DNA of 64,000 nt from Lepidodermella squamata. Lineage: Eukaryota; Animalia; Gastrotricha. The position numbers and the translations under genes were made by a program. The notes under the pieces were generated by a model, which did no database searches, was not told the origin of the DNA, and was given only the letters and a program-made list of their open reading frames with translations. Shown piece after piece: positions 52,781 to 64,000 of this stretch. The DNA lies in the NCBI GenBank assembly GCA_047495785.1, contig JBLDXI010000074.1, positions 496,001 to 560,000 on the forward strand, given 5' to 3'. The number at the start of each line of letters is the position of its first letter. The first letter of the stretch is position 1.

Positions 52781-53557
52781 GGGCTTCCAGTTCACAAAAT
52801 ATCAAACCAAAACGATTCCCTAAAACGAAAGACATTCCGCAATTATTGCCAAGCAGTTGGTTACCGCAAATAGCGAGTGGGAAGATAAGTTCATTGCAAA
52901 ATTCGCACTTAACTTGATAATCATTTTACAATGACAGGCGACGGAATACGGAATGCTGAAAAATGAAGCCAAATAATCCGTCTGATAGGTTACTCAAGCC
53001 CTGGAAAAAGGCTGAAGTTTGAAAACCGAGTAACCTAAGAGTTTTCAGCTACAAAAAGCAGGTCTTGAAAATGAATTGGATAATTCTCAACGGATTACGC
53101 AAGTCTCATCTTTTGGCAATTGCGACTGGCGTGAAATGCACTGTACTTTGTACCTCGAGACATTCGGACGTCAGCGTTGAAAACAACTTTTGAAGGAATC
53201 ACGAAGAAAGAAAATTCAAAACCTTATTTTTATTTCAACGTAAATACAATAAAACATAATTTCAATATTAAAATATAATTTTACATTGTTTTCCATAATT
53301 TTGTTATTTATTTTTTTGAATTTTTCTTAACGCGGGAAGTGGGCCGGCAAACTGCTCGTTGAACTTCCCTGGCAAAAACCCAAGTTTGATGACCATGTGA
53401 ACAATGAACAAACTAGTCGCTACAGAAAGAAAAAGTGAGAAGAGAAAAGAGAGTTGGATAATTGGAAGAAACCATAAAGTTGAAACTTCAGCAGCACTTT
53501 CTATGAATTTCAGCGTTGTAGTCGCATATTCACTATTATTAGAGGAATTATTCACAA

Positions 53558-56500
53558 ATGATTAGATTCGTCGACGATGACTGCCGTCGCCTTTTCGCTT
53601 CGCTTGGAAGTAAGTCTCTAGCTCAGTTTTAATTTGGACATAATATTTCATCTGATTTCCTTATTAAGATCAATTTCCGGACCCGCTGAGCCTAGAAGAG
53701 TACCTTCAACAGTACAAAACTTTGCAAGCGACTCTGGAGAGGGAGCAGATAGAATTCTCCAATGAGCTATTGCGTAAATTCAGTTCTAGCCAAGCTGAGA
53801 ACAAATTTATTTCAATTCCAATCGCAACTTATGTGAGAAAATTTTTTCCCATGCTATCTTTATATTAATATAAAATCCATTCATTTCATAGCACTCTGAC
53901 GTTCTGCCACTGACAGTTCGGTTTCTTGATGGCAAAGTTACATCAATGCTTTGCCCATCGTTTTTTAAGTTGAGTGATGTGCGTCCATTACTTGGAAGGC
54001 ACGTTGTAACTGTTGAATGCAAGGATGTGCTGCTTGGATTCGCACAAGAAATCGGTACGTCTTTATCTTGAAGTTAAATCCTAATTTGAACATTGTTTCT
54101 GTTTGAAGATGGTGAAATAACATTTCTGGATGAGAATTCGCCTATCGAAAAGCTTTGTGGCAAATCAAAACAGTTAGATACTACTGTAATGGTCAAGTTC
54201 TACATGCCGGATATAATGCTACTAGAGTAAGTAATTCTATTGGCAGGACACATAAATCACCACGAAAGAATATATTTTTTTAGCAATCCGCTATCTCGCC
54301 ATCAGCTCTACTTGCAGCTGCGTCGTGACTTATCAGGCTCTGATCGCTTGTTCCTAACCGCACAAGACCGCATTCAAGCCGCTGCGTACGCAGTTTTGGC
54401 GGAAGACTTGGATCGCGGTAGTTTATCCGTTGATTCGAACAAACTATCTGGATTAGTTGGTTGGAGGGTTGTCGAGCAATATGGAAGCGTGAAAGCCGAC
54501 TCATTGTTGAGGAGTGAGGTCGCTAAGTTGGACCAAGATTTGCCTAAAATCGTGGCCGAGCTTGAATTTTGCAAAATTGTTCAAAATAACGAAAATTACG
54601 GGAAGCGTTATTATCGAATCTACGCTCATAAGGATTTCGAGGAGCAATTATCGTCACTATACGTTTCTCTCTCGATTTTTGGAATTACCATTGAAGAATC
54701 TTCGCCTTCGATAAGTGCCGATTTACCACCTACTACAGTTATTCACAGCTTTTCGTGGCGACAAATTGCGCGGTTTTCTTTTGCCTGGCATCGTTTAACC
54801 ATTGGCATTAAACAGCCACAAGGCGGTCATTCCCAAGACAACAAGGGAAAGCAGAATACTTGGGTTCTTCATTATTACATCAAGCGGAAGACCATAGGCA
54901 ACTATTTACTTCAGTTAGCCGCTGATTTGAATCAATTTCAAATGACTTTGTTACAAACTTATCGCATTGATCGAATCATTTTCCCAAGATCAAGCGGGGG
55001 TCCCCTCGGAGGATGCCGGGGCTCGCAAAGATCTGCGACTTTACCGAGGCAAGATGTTGAAGTCCTGGCGATCGACCACTTTTCTTCAACTTTGCCTCGA
55101 AAAATGAGTGATTCTAATGCTAATTTAGACCACTCGGGGCCAGCCTCGCCGATTTTTGCCTATGGCAACAATACTGGTCGCTCATCAGCTCCTCCCACCG
55201 CCACAGCTTCTATATTCCTTGCTTCGATGGGCAACATATCGATTGAGCCCAATTTGATTCAAAACCAAGCGCCAAAAGCTAAACCTCAACTGCTGCCCTC
55301 ATTGAAGAGTGACAGTCGTATTGGGTTGATGAAAGCAAATAATTCAGCCGTTCAAGCGAAATGGATGTCACTCAACGATTTTAGGCCGAATGAAATCGGC
55401 CAGGAATACGTCAAGTCAGTCATTATTAACAAAGAAACAAGCGCAAATTACTCCGCAGAACATGCTGAAGTTGTCGAGACAGAGTTTCGGTCGGAAGTTG
55501 AGGATGAAGTCATTTACGACTGCGCCGCTTCTCTAGTTCCGGTCGATAAGGTTGTTCAGGGGTTGCCTCAGGAAGACGTTCAATCCGAGGTATTCCAGGT
55601 GGTTTTACAGCGTGATTCGAGTGGTTCTATCGGTTTCAGCCTATCCCTCGACCCGGAAACTCGTCACTTAATCGTGAAGAAAATTCGACCAGGCGGAGCG
55701 GCTGATCGATCGGGAGAAATAGCCCTGGGCGATCGATTGGTCAAAATCGGTGATTACAACCTCAATGGCAAGGATTATGACGATTGCGTGTCTTTACTTC
55801 GTTCAATCGCTTTCCCGGTTAAATTGACGTTTGAGAGGCCGAAATATGACGAAAATCGTATTGGTTCATCCGGCGGATCTCTCGCAAATGACGAAGAAAT
55901 TCCTGAGAATTTTGATGAATTAAATTACCCAAAGTCGCAGGAAATGCCTGAGGAACTAATCTTACAGCCGTCGTACGCTGTTGATGACGAATTTGATGAT
56001 CCAGACATGATTTACAACGCACCGCCTATCGCGATTAAAAGCCCACTAGAGCGCATGTTTTCGGACCAAAATGACGTGAGCCACGAAGAAATTCAGTACC
56101 CTAACACCATGAATTACTACCAAGACGAAGAAAATCCCTATGCAAGACCTGACGAGGACGTTGACGAAGAATTGATCGGCAAAATGTTGGACGCTTTAGG
56201 CGATGATTGCGATGAAAAGCCTAGCCAGGAAAACGACCACAGTTTTCAACTCGAGTTGAACAAATTGGACCAAAAACGCGGTTTCGGTTTTGATTTCGAT
56301 TTCTCAGATCGTTGCGTTGTGACTTTGGTCGACAATGACCAGAATAAATTGTCCGGACTTTCCGTTGGCGACGTAATTTTAGCGGTTAATAATGAGAATT
56401 TCGACTCGGAAAAATTACGCAAGTTACTTCAGAGTGAAAACCAGCTCAAATTAACGCTTTTATCTGTTTCGGATTTCATGAAACCACTCGAGCAACAAAA

Positions 56501-58386
56501 TGAGTCTGTTTGCTATGATTTAAAACTGCCTAATAGCAATAGTTTGCCGCAACCTTTGCCGACAGTTTCTGAAATATTGAAAATTTCAGTATCGAAACAG
56601 CCAAATGAAGAAATGGGTTGTTCGCTTTTCGCTTGTGGTTCTGAGATTTTTATCGGAAATGTAAAACCAGGGTCGAAATTAGCTAATGTCGGTGTTCAAC
56701 CTGGTGATATGTGTCTTCTGATCAATAACGAGTCGGTTTTTGGTATGCCGAGTGAAAAAGTAGCCGCAGCCTTGAGATCCGCAGCTGGTCAGGTCACGCT
56801 AACGCTATCTCGTCGTAAAAATTCGAATGAAAATAACAGCGACCAGCAAAAAATCCCGGAAAATGTCAAATTTTCGACAATTGTCGACGATTGTTTGGGC
56901 CAGGATGAATTCCCGCCCGCTGATATTACGACTGCAATCGCTCAGCAATTATCGCCTATTTGTCGCGCTGAATTGAGTAAAATCGCGGCGTTTTGCCGTC
57001 GGAAGACTCAGACTGATATGGAGGATGAATTTGCGAGGATTTGCGATGCGGTTGATTCGGATGAGGTGGCAATAACGAGGCCGTATTCTAGTCTCGAGTT
57101 GGATATGGCATGGCTGCAACTCAATTCGTGCGTGTTCATCCTAAGCAATCTGCCGAGCCAACGGTCGCTCAGCGAGTTTTGGCAATTGATTCTCGACTAC
57201 AGCGTCAATGTGAGTGGAACAATTTCATGATTTTTTTAATTTGATAAATATCTCTGATCATTTCAATTAAAGCAATTTCATGCATTTATGCGGATAGTGT
57301 TTTACTAATGGGAAAATTCCATAGTAGTGGGAGAAAAAATTATTTCAAATGAAATGTGAGTGGAGAAATATTTTTTCAAAGATTTTATTTTTTGAAAATT
57401 TAACTAATAAAATTATAAAATTGAAGCGAAGTTTCGACTAAATATACAGAAAACGAAGATTGTCTAATTTCTCGATTGAGGAATTCGGATTTTTTCGCAT
57501 GAGTTGGTAATCACAGACTTCAAATTCTGTCCCATTTTATGGCTACATTTCGACGGGAAGAAGCCGAAATGACCTTCTTTAACCTCAAAAATATGAAGTA
57601 TTCGAATAACCATGGAACCAATCTGATTTATACACCCAAGTCCAGCACGAATATTATCAATCCCTCGAAGAGCGATTCGATTTCACGCAATTAAATTATA
57701 TTCAAAGCATGGTTTTTTATTCGAAATTACGTTTATTAAATTGAATTTTTTTGCTGTCTTAAAATCAGGTTATGGTCGTGCTCGGCTGCACTAACCAGCC
57801 GTCGTTCTTCCCGCTGCAGTGCGACGAAGTGCTAAAAGTCAGCCTGCCGGCATCTAACGCATCGATCTCGCTGCGCCTGCTCAGCAGCTCATCGTCAACA
57901 CGGCACGGCAGCACAAGGCTGTTCAAATTCAGCCTGTCACACGCGCGACAGGACCGGATGTTTTTCCTGATTCAGTGTGCTCAGGCGGCGGAAGGCTGCA
58001 GCAGCAGCCTTGTCGATGCCTTGCTGCTGCCCCACGTGCTCAATGCTAGTAATTCGTCGTCGTCGTCGTATGAGCAGATTAACGCCGCGGCGCCGCCTAG
58101 AAACAGTAGCATCGTTGTTTGCAGCGATTGCGCGGCCGATGCGCCGCAGTTTGACCAGCGCGGCGTGTTTTGCGCCGTCTCTTCGCTGCTCGCGATATTT
58201 GCTTCGCAAATCAGCGACAGTAGCAGCAGCAGCGCGAGCATTTGCGATTCAGCTGCGCTGCTGCGCCGGCAACACCCGCCATCGCTGAGCGCCGTCGAGC
58301 AACTGACGGCCGTGTACGCCTGGCTTCAGCTCGCTATCGATCGGCTAGTTGTCGCTGCGGCCGATGAGGACGCGCTGTCTTACTGA
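53558..58386 (+). CDS. PTPN13-like FERM + 3 PDZ + degenerate tyrosine-phosphatase domain protein (~1346 aa)
   Basis: Exons 53558-53609, 53669-53832, 53892-54054, 54109-54226, 54284-57209, 57769-58386. FERM: VRFLDG, VKFY, HQLYLQLRRDL, NYG, FSWRQIARFSF. PDZ: GSIGFSL..PGGAADRSGEIALGDRL. PTP: EFWQLILDYSVN^VMVVL, RGVFCA, LRRQH..EQLTAVY. Confidence 0.85.
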
Positions 58387-59325
58387 CGACACGGCTCACA
58401 ACATGCGTACACAGTACATACAAACACTTACACACGCAAGCAGCGTGATAATAAGTTTTTCAGCTGCCGTTGAATACATTACGGTGATGTGTTTTTCGTT
58501 CACGAGTGACGCACTTGCTGCTCAAGTCATCTTGCCGCTTTCTTGCGCTTTGCAAAGTATACCAAAACATTCCAACATATATTTGCACTTTTTTATGTTT
58601 AATTTTTCACCTTTTTATGAAAAAAATAAAAATGAAATGTGTACTAAGAAATTATGGTTTTGTGCATCGAATGAAAGAAGTGTTTGATGGAAAATAATGC
58701 CTACAACCGAATGGTAAATTAAAAGGCTGTTTATGAGCGAAGGAAGCTTATTCGATAGGATTTTCGAGGCGCCGCAATGGGCAAACTCAGCATGTTCAAT
58801 TTTCGGATGTGACGATGTGAAGAGCCTCATGAGCCTCGTGCTGGCCAGGCTACCTGTATTTAAAGGATATCAGATGGTTCCGATCACATTTGGCTGACGG
58901 CCGAGGCTCAGGCGGCTATACCTACTAAACTTCGATATTCATCAATCTTTTCCACGACTTGAGATTTAGGCGCCGAATATTGATGTTGGGCTATCCGAAC
59001 GTATCCCACTAATGGGGACCCATTCATAATATAATGGGATAAGACCCATTCAGCTCTTTGTAAATCCAATATCAAAATTCACTCGATCTCTCACCTCGCA
59101 AGTCTTGCAGGGTGCCGTTTTTCGAAGCAGGATTGCTGTGTCTGACCCTTGTCTGAATACGCTAGATGCTATACCTATGTACTAGCTAGAAGTTCGACTA
59201 AAACTGCGAACCAACTCAAAGAGTTGTAACAAACAAAAATCCAGCAATCAACAATAGGTTCAGGAATGACTCATTTATTTTATACTTATGAAAGTGCATC
59301 AAAATCAAATACTTCTAATGCAAAT

Positions 59326-61500
59326 TCAGTAAGCAGCGTAAAATTGCAAGTATCTGATCAGCATCGGAGGCAGGACGTCTTGGCTTTTCAACACCTCGAT
59401 TGCATCCGCACGACAGGTGAATCCAGTGGGCAAGCTTCGAAGTATGACGACGCGGCAAAGCTGTTGCAAAGTCATTGGAAACAGCGTGGTAAAGTTTTGA
59501 CACAAATCAGACATGCCACCGGCTTTATCCACGTGCGTTATACACCGTGAATACCAACTTGTAAAATTGAATGAAACGTCATCAAAAGAAGCCAGTAGCC
59601 AGTGTAAGTAATCAATTTTTTCATCGCATTCTTCAGACCGAGCTTCCAGTTCGGTAACGGTCTTCAAAAATTTGAAGATGAACGTTTGATTTTCACTAAT
59701 TTTGACCCGAAAACGAGCGCCACTCTCAAGCATCAAGCCAACAGCAGTTATGAAGCCTTGATTGATTTTAACCAGCCGCAATATCAAATAATCGAAAGGC
59801 CACAGTTTCGGAGCTTTTGTCGGATTTATCGGAACGAGGTCACTGAAGTAGAGCAAATTCGTCAGTATATCCTCGAATTCATCGTCGAATTCTCGATATT
59901 TTTGACCCAAAAAGAAGCTGATCGGGCTGCCTGAATTACCGAAAATATTTTTCTTCGCAAGTTTGAGGAGAATCTGGCAAATCTGCTCATGAAACGGTTC
60001 TGAACCCTTGCAAGTTTCGAGAATATCTGATGGCCTGACTTCAGCTCCATGTTGCAAGAGACACTCCACCACAGTTTTCGATTGGTTCTGGATAGCTAGT
60101 TCCAAGTAGCTCCCCTTTATTCGAAATTCAGTATGGTCTTCAGGCTCAAGAGAAACGCTGCCTCTAGTAATCAAAATTCGCACGGCTTCTGCGGAACCAC
60201 TCTCCACGGCCAATCGGAACAACGAATCTTTGAAAAACCATATGCGCAGCTTTTGAATGTACTCATCCTTTAGATCTATCCCGGCATCGATGAACTCTTG
60301 AATTACTTCTGCCTGGCCAAACTCTGCAGCCAACAATAAGGACGCCTTGTCGGGGGTAGCGCCTTTTTTCATCATGATTTTCAACAGGCTAGTTTGGCCT
60401 TTCGCTCCGGCCATGTCGAAGGGCGAGACGTGTCCCCAACGCGGCAAACATATCAGCTTGCTGAAGTTGATTCCAGGCAGTTCTTCGATGAGAAAGGCAG
60501 CGATATCGCGGTTGCACTGCTCAGTAGCATAGATCAGTGCCAATTCCTTGCAGGCATTTCGCTTCCAGCTCGTGTATTGATCCGACTTCTGTGTGACAAA
60601 AAGTTTCTTCGCAATGTCTAAATCCCCTATTACGCAAGCTGCGTGAAGAAGATTGACCGAGTTCAATTCCTGGGGACAGTTAAAGTCTTTCTGATCAAAG
60701 AGACGGTCTGTTTCTCGCAATCGTTCGATCGCAGCTTTGATTACCCTTTTGCATCCATAGCGACATGTTTCGGCCAAAAAGGCGTCACAACTTGAAGCGT
60801 GGAAGTTATCGACTAGATATGCTATGATGTTGAGATCGTACCAAGGTTTGAGCATCTGCTCTACCAGACGTTTATGATCGTCGTAGCAGGACCAGCTTAT
60901 CACGCCGCATTCGAGGAATTGTCTAAGGGTTGGCGCTTCTGCAATCAACTTGACAATTTCAGCACTTTTGCCATGAAATAATGCCTTGTCGTATGGCGTA
61001 TAATAGTTTTCCAACGAAGATTCACTTGCATCGGCACCATTTAGCAGCAGAAATCGGACTACCTCGACGTAAGCACCTCCAATAGCACCTTCGAGCACAG
61101 ACCGCTTCAATTTACAACAGCCGTACGCATCATCCCATGGAAAATACGTCTCAACGGCGTCATCACCTGCTGCCACCGAATTGGGCTTGGCTCCGTGAGC
61201 GACAAGCAATTGACAAAGTTCTAAGTTTCCAGTGGAAGCCGCATAGTAGAGAGCTGAGTTCACTTCGTAGTCTAAAATATAAGTCTTTCGACCAGATTTA
61301 GCACCGTTCTCCAACAGGAATTTTGCGACTTCATAACAACCAAGCCGACAAGCCTCGACAAGGGCTTTAGTCAGCATCAGATCAGCTTGTTGCTGGCTTC
61401 GTCGTTGCTCGATAATGTGCTGTAAAGCTGACAGATCGGAATCTGCAACAGCTCTCATCACCTCATCACGAGGCTTCACTTTTATGTTAAGTTGGTTCAT
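59326..61500 (-). CDS. Ankyrin repeat and SOCS-box protein (ASB-like), copy 1
   Basis: Single-exon ORF, likely ATG at 61500; ankyrin repeats (ALYYAASTGNLELCQLLVAHGA); C-terminal SOCS box PMTLQQLCRVVIL...LPPMLIRYLQF. Confidence 0.88.
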   Translation of the reverse strand: MNQLNIKVKPRDEVMRAVADSDLSALQHIIEQRRSQQQADLMLTKALVEACRLGCYEVAKFLLENGAKSGRKTYILDYEVNSALYYAASTGNLELCQLLVAHGAKPNSVAAGDDAVETYFPWDDAYGCCKLKRSVLEGAIGGAYVEVVRFLLLNGADASESSLENYYTPYDKALFHGKSAEIVKLIAEAPTLRQFLECGVISWSCYDDHKRLVEQMLKPWYDLNIIAYLVDNFHASSCDAFLAETCRYGCKRVIKAAIERLRETDRLFDQKDFNCPQELNSVNLLHAACVIGDLDIAKKLFVTQKSDQYTSWKRNACKELALIYATEQCNRDIAAFLIEELPGINFSKLICLPRWGHVSPFDMAGAKGQTSLLKIMMKKGATPDKASLLLAAEFGQAEVIQEFIDAGIDLKDEYIQKLRIWFFKDSLFRLAVESGSAEAVRILITRGSVSLEPEDHTEFRIKGSYLELAIQNQSKTVVECLLQHGAEVRPSDILETCKGSEPFHEQICQILLKLAKKNIFGNSGSPISFFLGQKYREFDDEFEDILTNLLYFSDLVPINPTKAPKLWPFDYLILRLVKINQGFITAVGLMLESGARFRVKISENQTFIFKFLKTVTELEARSEECDEKIDYLHWLLASFDDVSFNFTSWYSRCITHVDKAGGMSDLCQNFTTLFPMTLQQLCRVVILRSLPTGFTCRADAIEVLKSQDVLPPMLIRYLQFYAAY

Positions 61501-61805
61501 TCTATAAACGGATAATAACATTTACAAATTAACGAGGGCAAGTCACCGAAAATGCTCAATTTATGTTAATGGAAATAGCTAGCGTTAAGATAGAGGCCCT
61601 GCTCCTGACCAAGGCTAAAAATCCGCGCCATCAGCGCCAGATGATGAGAGGTGTTGGCAATAGCGGAAAAAAGTAAAAAAATTCAAGATATTTCGGTATA
61701 TTTGTTACTGCCGATTTCTTCTAATAGACCGCATGTTTTACTGATCAAAAAGTAATAATTAGATGAATCATTCTTTATTTCACGAAAGTAGAAATGCGAA
61801 GCTCA

Positions 61806-63983
61806 TTACGCAGTTGAAAATTGCAGGTAGTTGATAAGAATAGGCGGAAGAACAGTGTTCAGTTTTCGGACTGCATACTCACGCTCTGTGTAGCCTGCGG
61901 GCAAGTTTCGAAGGATGACGATGCGGCTGAGTTGTTGCAATGTCATTGGAAACAGTTCGGCGACGCTTTGACACAGTTTAAGCATTTCATCAGAGCGTTT
62001 CAAGTGCTTTCTGCAGTGAAAGACCCATTTCGTAAGATTGAAGGTCACATCATCAAAAGATGCAACGATCCAGTTTAAGAAGTCAATGTTTAGACCATTC
62101 TCTTCGGACCAAGCTTCGAGTTCATCTAATGTTTTCAAGAGCTTGAAGGTGAATACCGGGTTTTTGCACATTTTCACTCTGAAACGAGCACCGGCATCAA
62201 GCATCAATTTCACAGCTGCTATGAAGCCCGTATCAATTTCAATCAGGCGAAGTACCAAATAATCGAAAGGCCAAAGTTTCTTTGCATTGCTTGGATTTAT
62301 CGGGACAAGACCGCTGAAGCAGAGCAAACTCGACAGTATGCTTTCAAATTCGTTGTCGAATTGCCGATACTTTTGACCAAACAAATAGCTAATTGCACTG
62401 CCTGAATTCCCGAAAGTATTCGATTTGGCAAGTTCCAGCAATTTCAGACAAATTTGCTCGTGAAAAGGCTCCAAACCATTACATGCTGCAAAAACGTCCT
62501 CTGGCCTGATTTGAGCCCCATTCTGCAAGAGACACTCGACAACATCTTCAGATTCATTTAGAATCGCTAGGCGTAGATAGCTATCCCAAGTCGATTCGCG
62601 ACAATTTTCGGGCTCAACCGGGATGCCATTATCGATCAGTAACTTCACTGCTTCTACGGAGCCACTGCTTACAGCCTTCCGTAAAATATCGCCACATAAC
62701 CTTTGTTTTTTGCGACGGTTCTCACATTGCTCTAGCAAATCCAACTTAGCTTCGATCAACTCTTGCATAACCGTCGGATGGCCAAACTGAGCAGCCATAA
62801 ATAGCGATTCTTCATCTGGCTTAGCACCTCTACTCAACATTGCCCGAACCAATTCGAGTTGACCTCTAGCCGCGGCGATGTTGATTGGGGAGACGCGGTT
62901 GCTAGACGCTCTAAACATCGGCAAATGTATGCACGAATCAAAGTTTAGGCCTGGTAGCTGGTCGATGAGAATTCTCGCAATTTCAAAGTTGGAGTGTTCG
63001 ATAGCGTAGACAAGTGCAGACTCCGCGCTACCACTATGCTTCCAGCTTACGAATTGCCTGGATTGGTGCATAGCCAACAGCTGCTTCGCCAATTCCGAAT
63101 CCCCAATGACACAAGCTGCGCGAAGAAGATTGATAGGACGTTCTTCATACTGGCAGTAGAAGGTTTCCGTGACGAACAAACGATTTGATTGCCGCAAGTG
63201 TTCGATCGCTGCTTGTAGCGCCCGGGTGCAGCCAAAACGAGATGCTTCATCTAGAAAAGTGTCAAGGCTCGATTGGCTGAAATTAGCGACCAAATACTTG
63301 ACTATATTGAGATCATACCAGGATTCACGCATTTGCTGAATCAAACGTTCGTTACTTCCATAACGCGACCAACTTATGACATCGCAGCCTTTGTATCGCC
63401 TCATGGTTGGCGCTTCCGCGATCAACTTGACAAGTTCAGCGCTTTTGCCGTGAAATATTGCCTTGTCCAAAGGTTTGAACTTGTTTTCTAGCGCTTCTTC
63501 GCTTACACTGGCACCTTTTTGCAGCAGAAATCGAACAACTTCGATGTGAACACCTCCCATCGCGCCATCAAACACAGATCGCTTATGATATCCGTAGTCA
63601 AAATCGGTGGGAAAGTACGTCTTCACAGCGATATTACCACCAACCGAATTGACTTTAGCCCCGTGAGCGACCAACAGTTTGCAAAGTTCCAAGTTGCCGG
63701 TGTAAGCTGCATGATAGAGCGCTGAATTTTCTTCGTAACCTCTAATGTAAGATTCCCGACCGGATGTAGCACCGTTTTCCAGCAGATATTTCGCGACTTC
63801 ATAACAGCCCAGACGGCAAGCCTCGATAAGTGCTTTATTCAGCAGCCGTTTAACTTGTTCTTTGCTTTTCGGAAATTTGATTCGTTCTTGCTCGATAATC
63901 CGCTGTAAATCCGACAGATCCGATTCCGCAACAGCTCTTAACAGCTGATCGTCAGAGTTCGATTTAATAATTTGGCGGTTCAT
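61806..63983 (-). CDS. Ankyrin repeat and SOCS-box protein (ASB-like), copy 2
   Basis: 725-aa single-exon ORF colinear with copy 1; SOCS box PMTLQQLSRIVIL...LPPILINYLQF; AATAAA on minus strand near 61775. Confidence 0.88.
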   Translation of the reverse strand: MNRQIIKSNSDDQLLRAVAESDLSDLQRIIEQERIKFPKSKEQVKRLLNKALIEACRLGCYEVAKYLLENGATSGRESYIRGYEENSALYHAAYTGNLELCKLLVAHGAKVNSVGGNIAVKTYFPTDFDYGYHKRSVFDGAMGGVHIEVVRFLLQKGASVSEEALENKFKPLDKAIFHGKSAELVKLIAEAPTMRRYKGCDVISWSRYGSNERLIQQMRESWYDLNIVKYLVANFSQSSLDTFLDEASRFGCTRALQAAIEHLRQSNRLFVTETFYCQYEERPINLLRAACVIGDSELAKQLLAMHQSRQFVSWKHSGSAESALVYAIEHSNFEIARILIDQLPGLNFDSCIHLPMFRASSNRVSPINIAAARGQLELVRAMLSRGAKPDEESLFMAAQFGHPTVMQELIEAKLDLLEQCENRRKKQRLCGDILRKAVSSGSVEAVKLLIDNGIPVEPENCRESTWDSYLRLAILNESEDVVECLLQNGAQIRPEDVFAACNGLEPFHEQICLKLLELAKSNTFGNSGSAISYLFGQKYRQFDNEFESILSSLLCFSGLVPINPSNAKKLWPFDYLVLRLIEIDTGFIAAVKLMLDAGARFRVKMCKNPVFTFKLLKTLDELEAWSEENGLNIDFLNWIVASFDDVTFNLTKWVFHCRKHLKRSDEMLKLCQSVAELFPMTLQQLSRIVILRNLPAGYTEREYAVRKLNTVLPPILINYLQFSTA

Positions 63984-64000
63984 TCTATTTAAACAGACAG

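Noticed and set aside
52800-53000. Extra Cys-containing 5' coding exon (KCEFC) for the small zinc-finger gene
   Set aside because: In-frame stops in every splice combination tried; probably UTR.
1-64000. CRISPR array, rRNA or prokaryotic operon
   Set aside because: No repeat-spacer periodicity or rRNA motifs seen; genes are spliceosomal.

Overview
Eukaryotic (invertebrate, probably lophotrochozoan) genomic DNA with GT-AG introns; no rRNA, CRISPR or operon-type prokaryotic features. Left 37 kb: two tandem, minus-strand paralogous genes for large secreted proteins. Gene A (36979->9928, 11 exons, ~2680 aa) is complete: signal peptide, 9 VWA domains with Thr/Ser-rich linkers, 2-3 chitin-binding type-2 modules and a LamG/ConA-like domain, i.e. 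the Pif/BMSP architecture. Gene B (9673-><1) has at least 6 VWA domains and runs off the window. All 15 VWA domains lack the MIDAS metal motif. In 7 of them two cysteines sit at former MIDAS positions, and they co-vary perfectly across an exon junction, suggesting a disulfide replaced the metal site. Gene A's introns hold decayed transposons (Tc1, pogo, LINE) and gene fragments (LicD twice, Ulp1, kinase start, coiled coil), all antisense to the host. Right 27 kb: a PARP-type zinc-finger protein with a ~600-aa charged disordered tail and no catalytic domain; a ~1900-aa protein with nine repeats of a three-finger module; a small C2H2 gene; a PTPN13-like FERM-PDZ protein with a dead phosphatase domain; and two tandem ankyrin/SOCS-box genes. 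Gene models were spliced by hand (GT/AG and frame checked); domain calls are motif recognition, not database searches.
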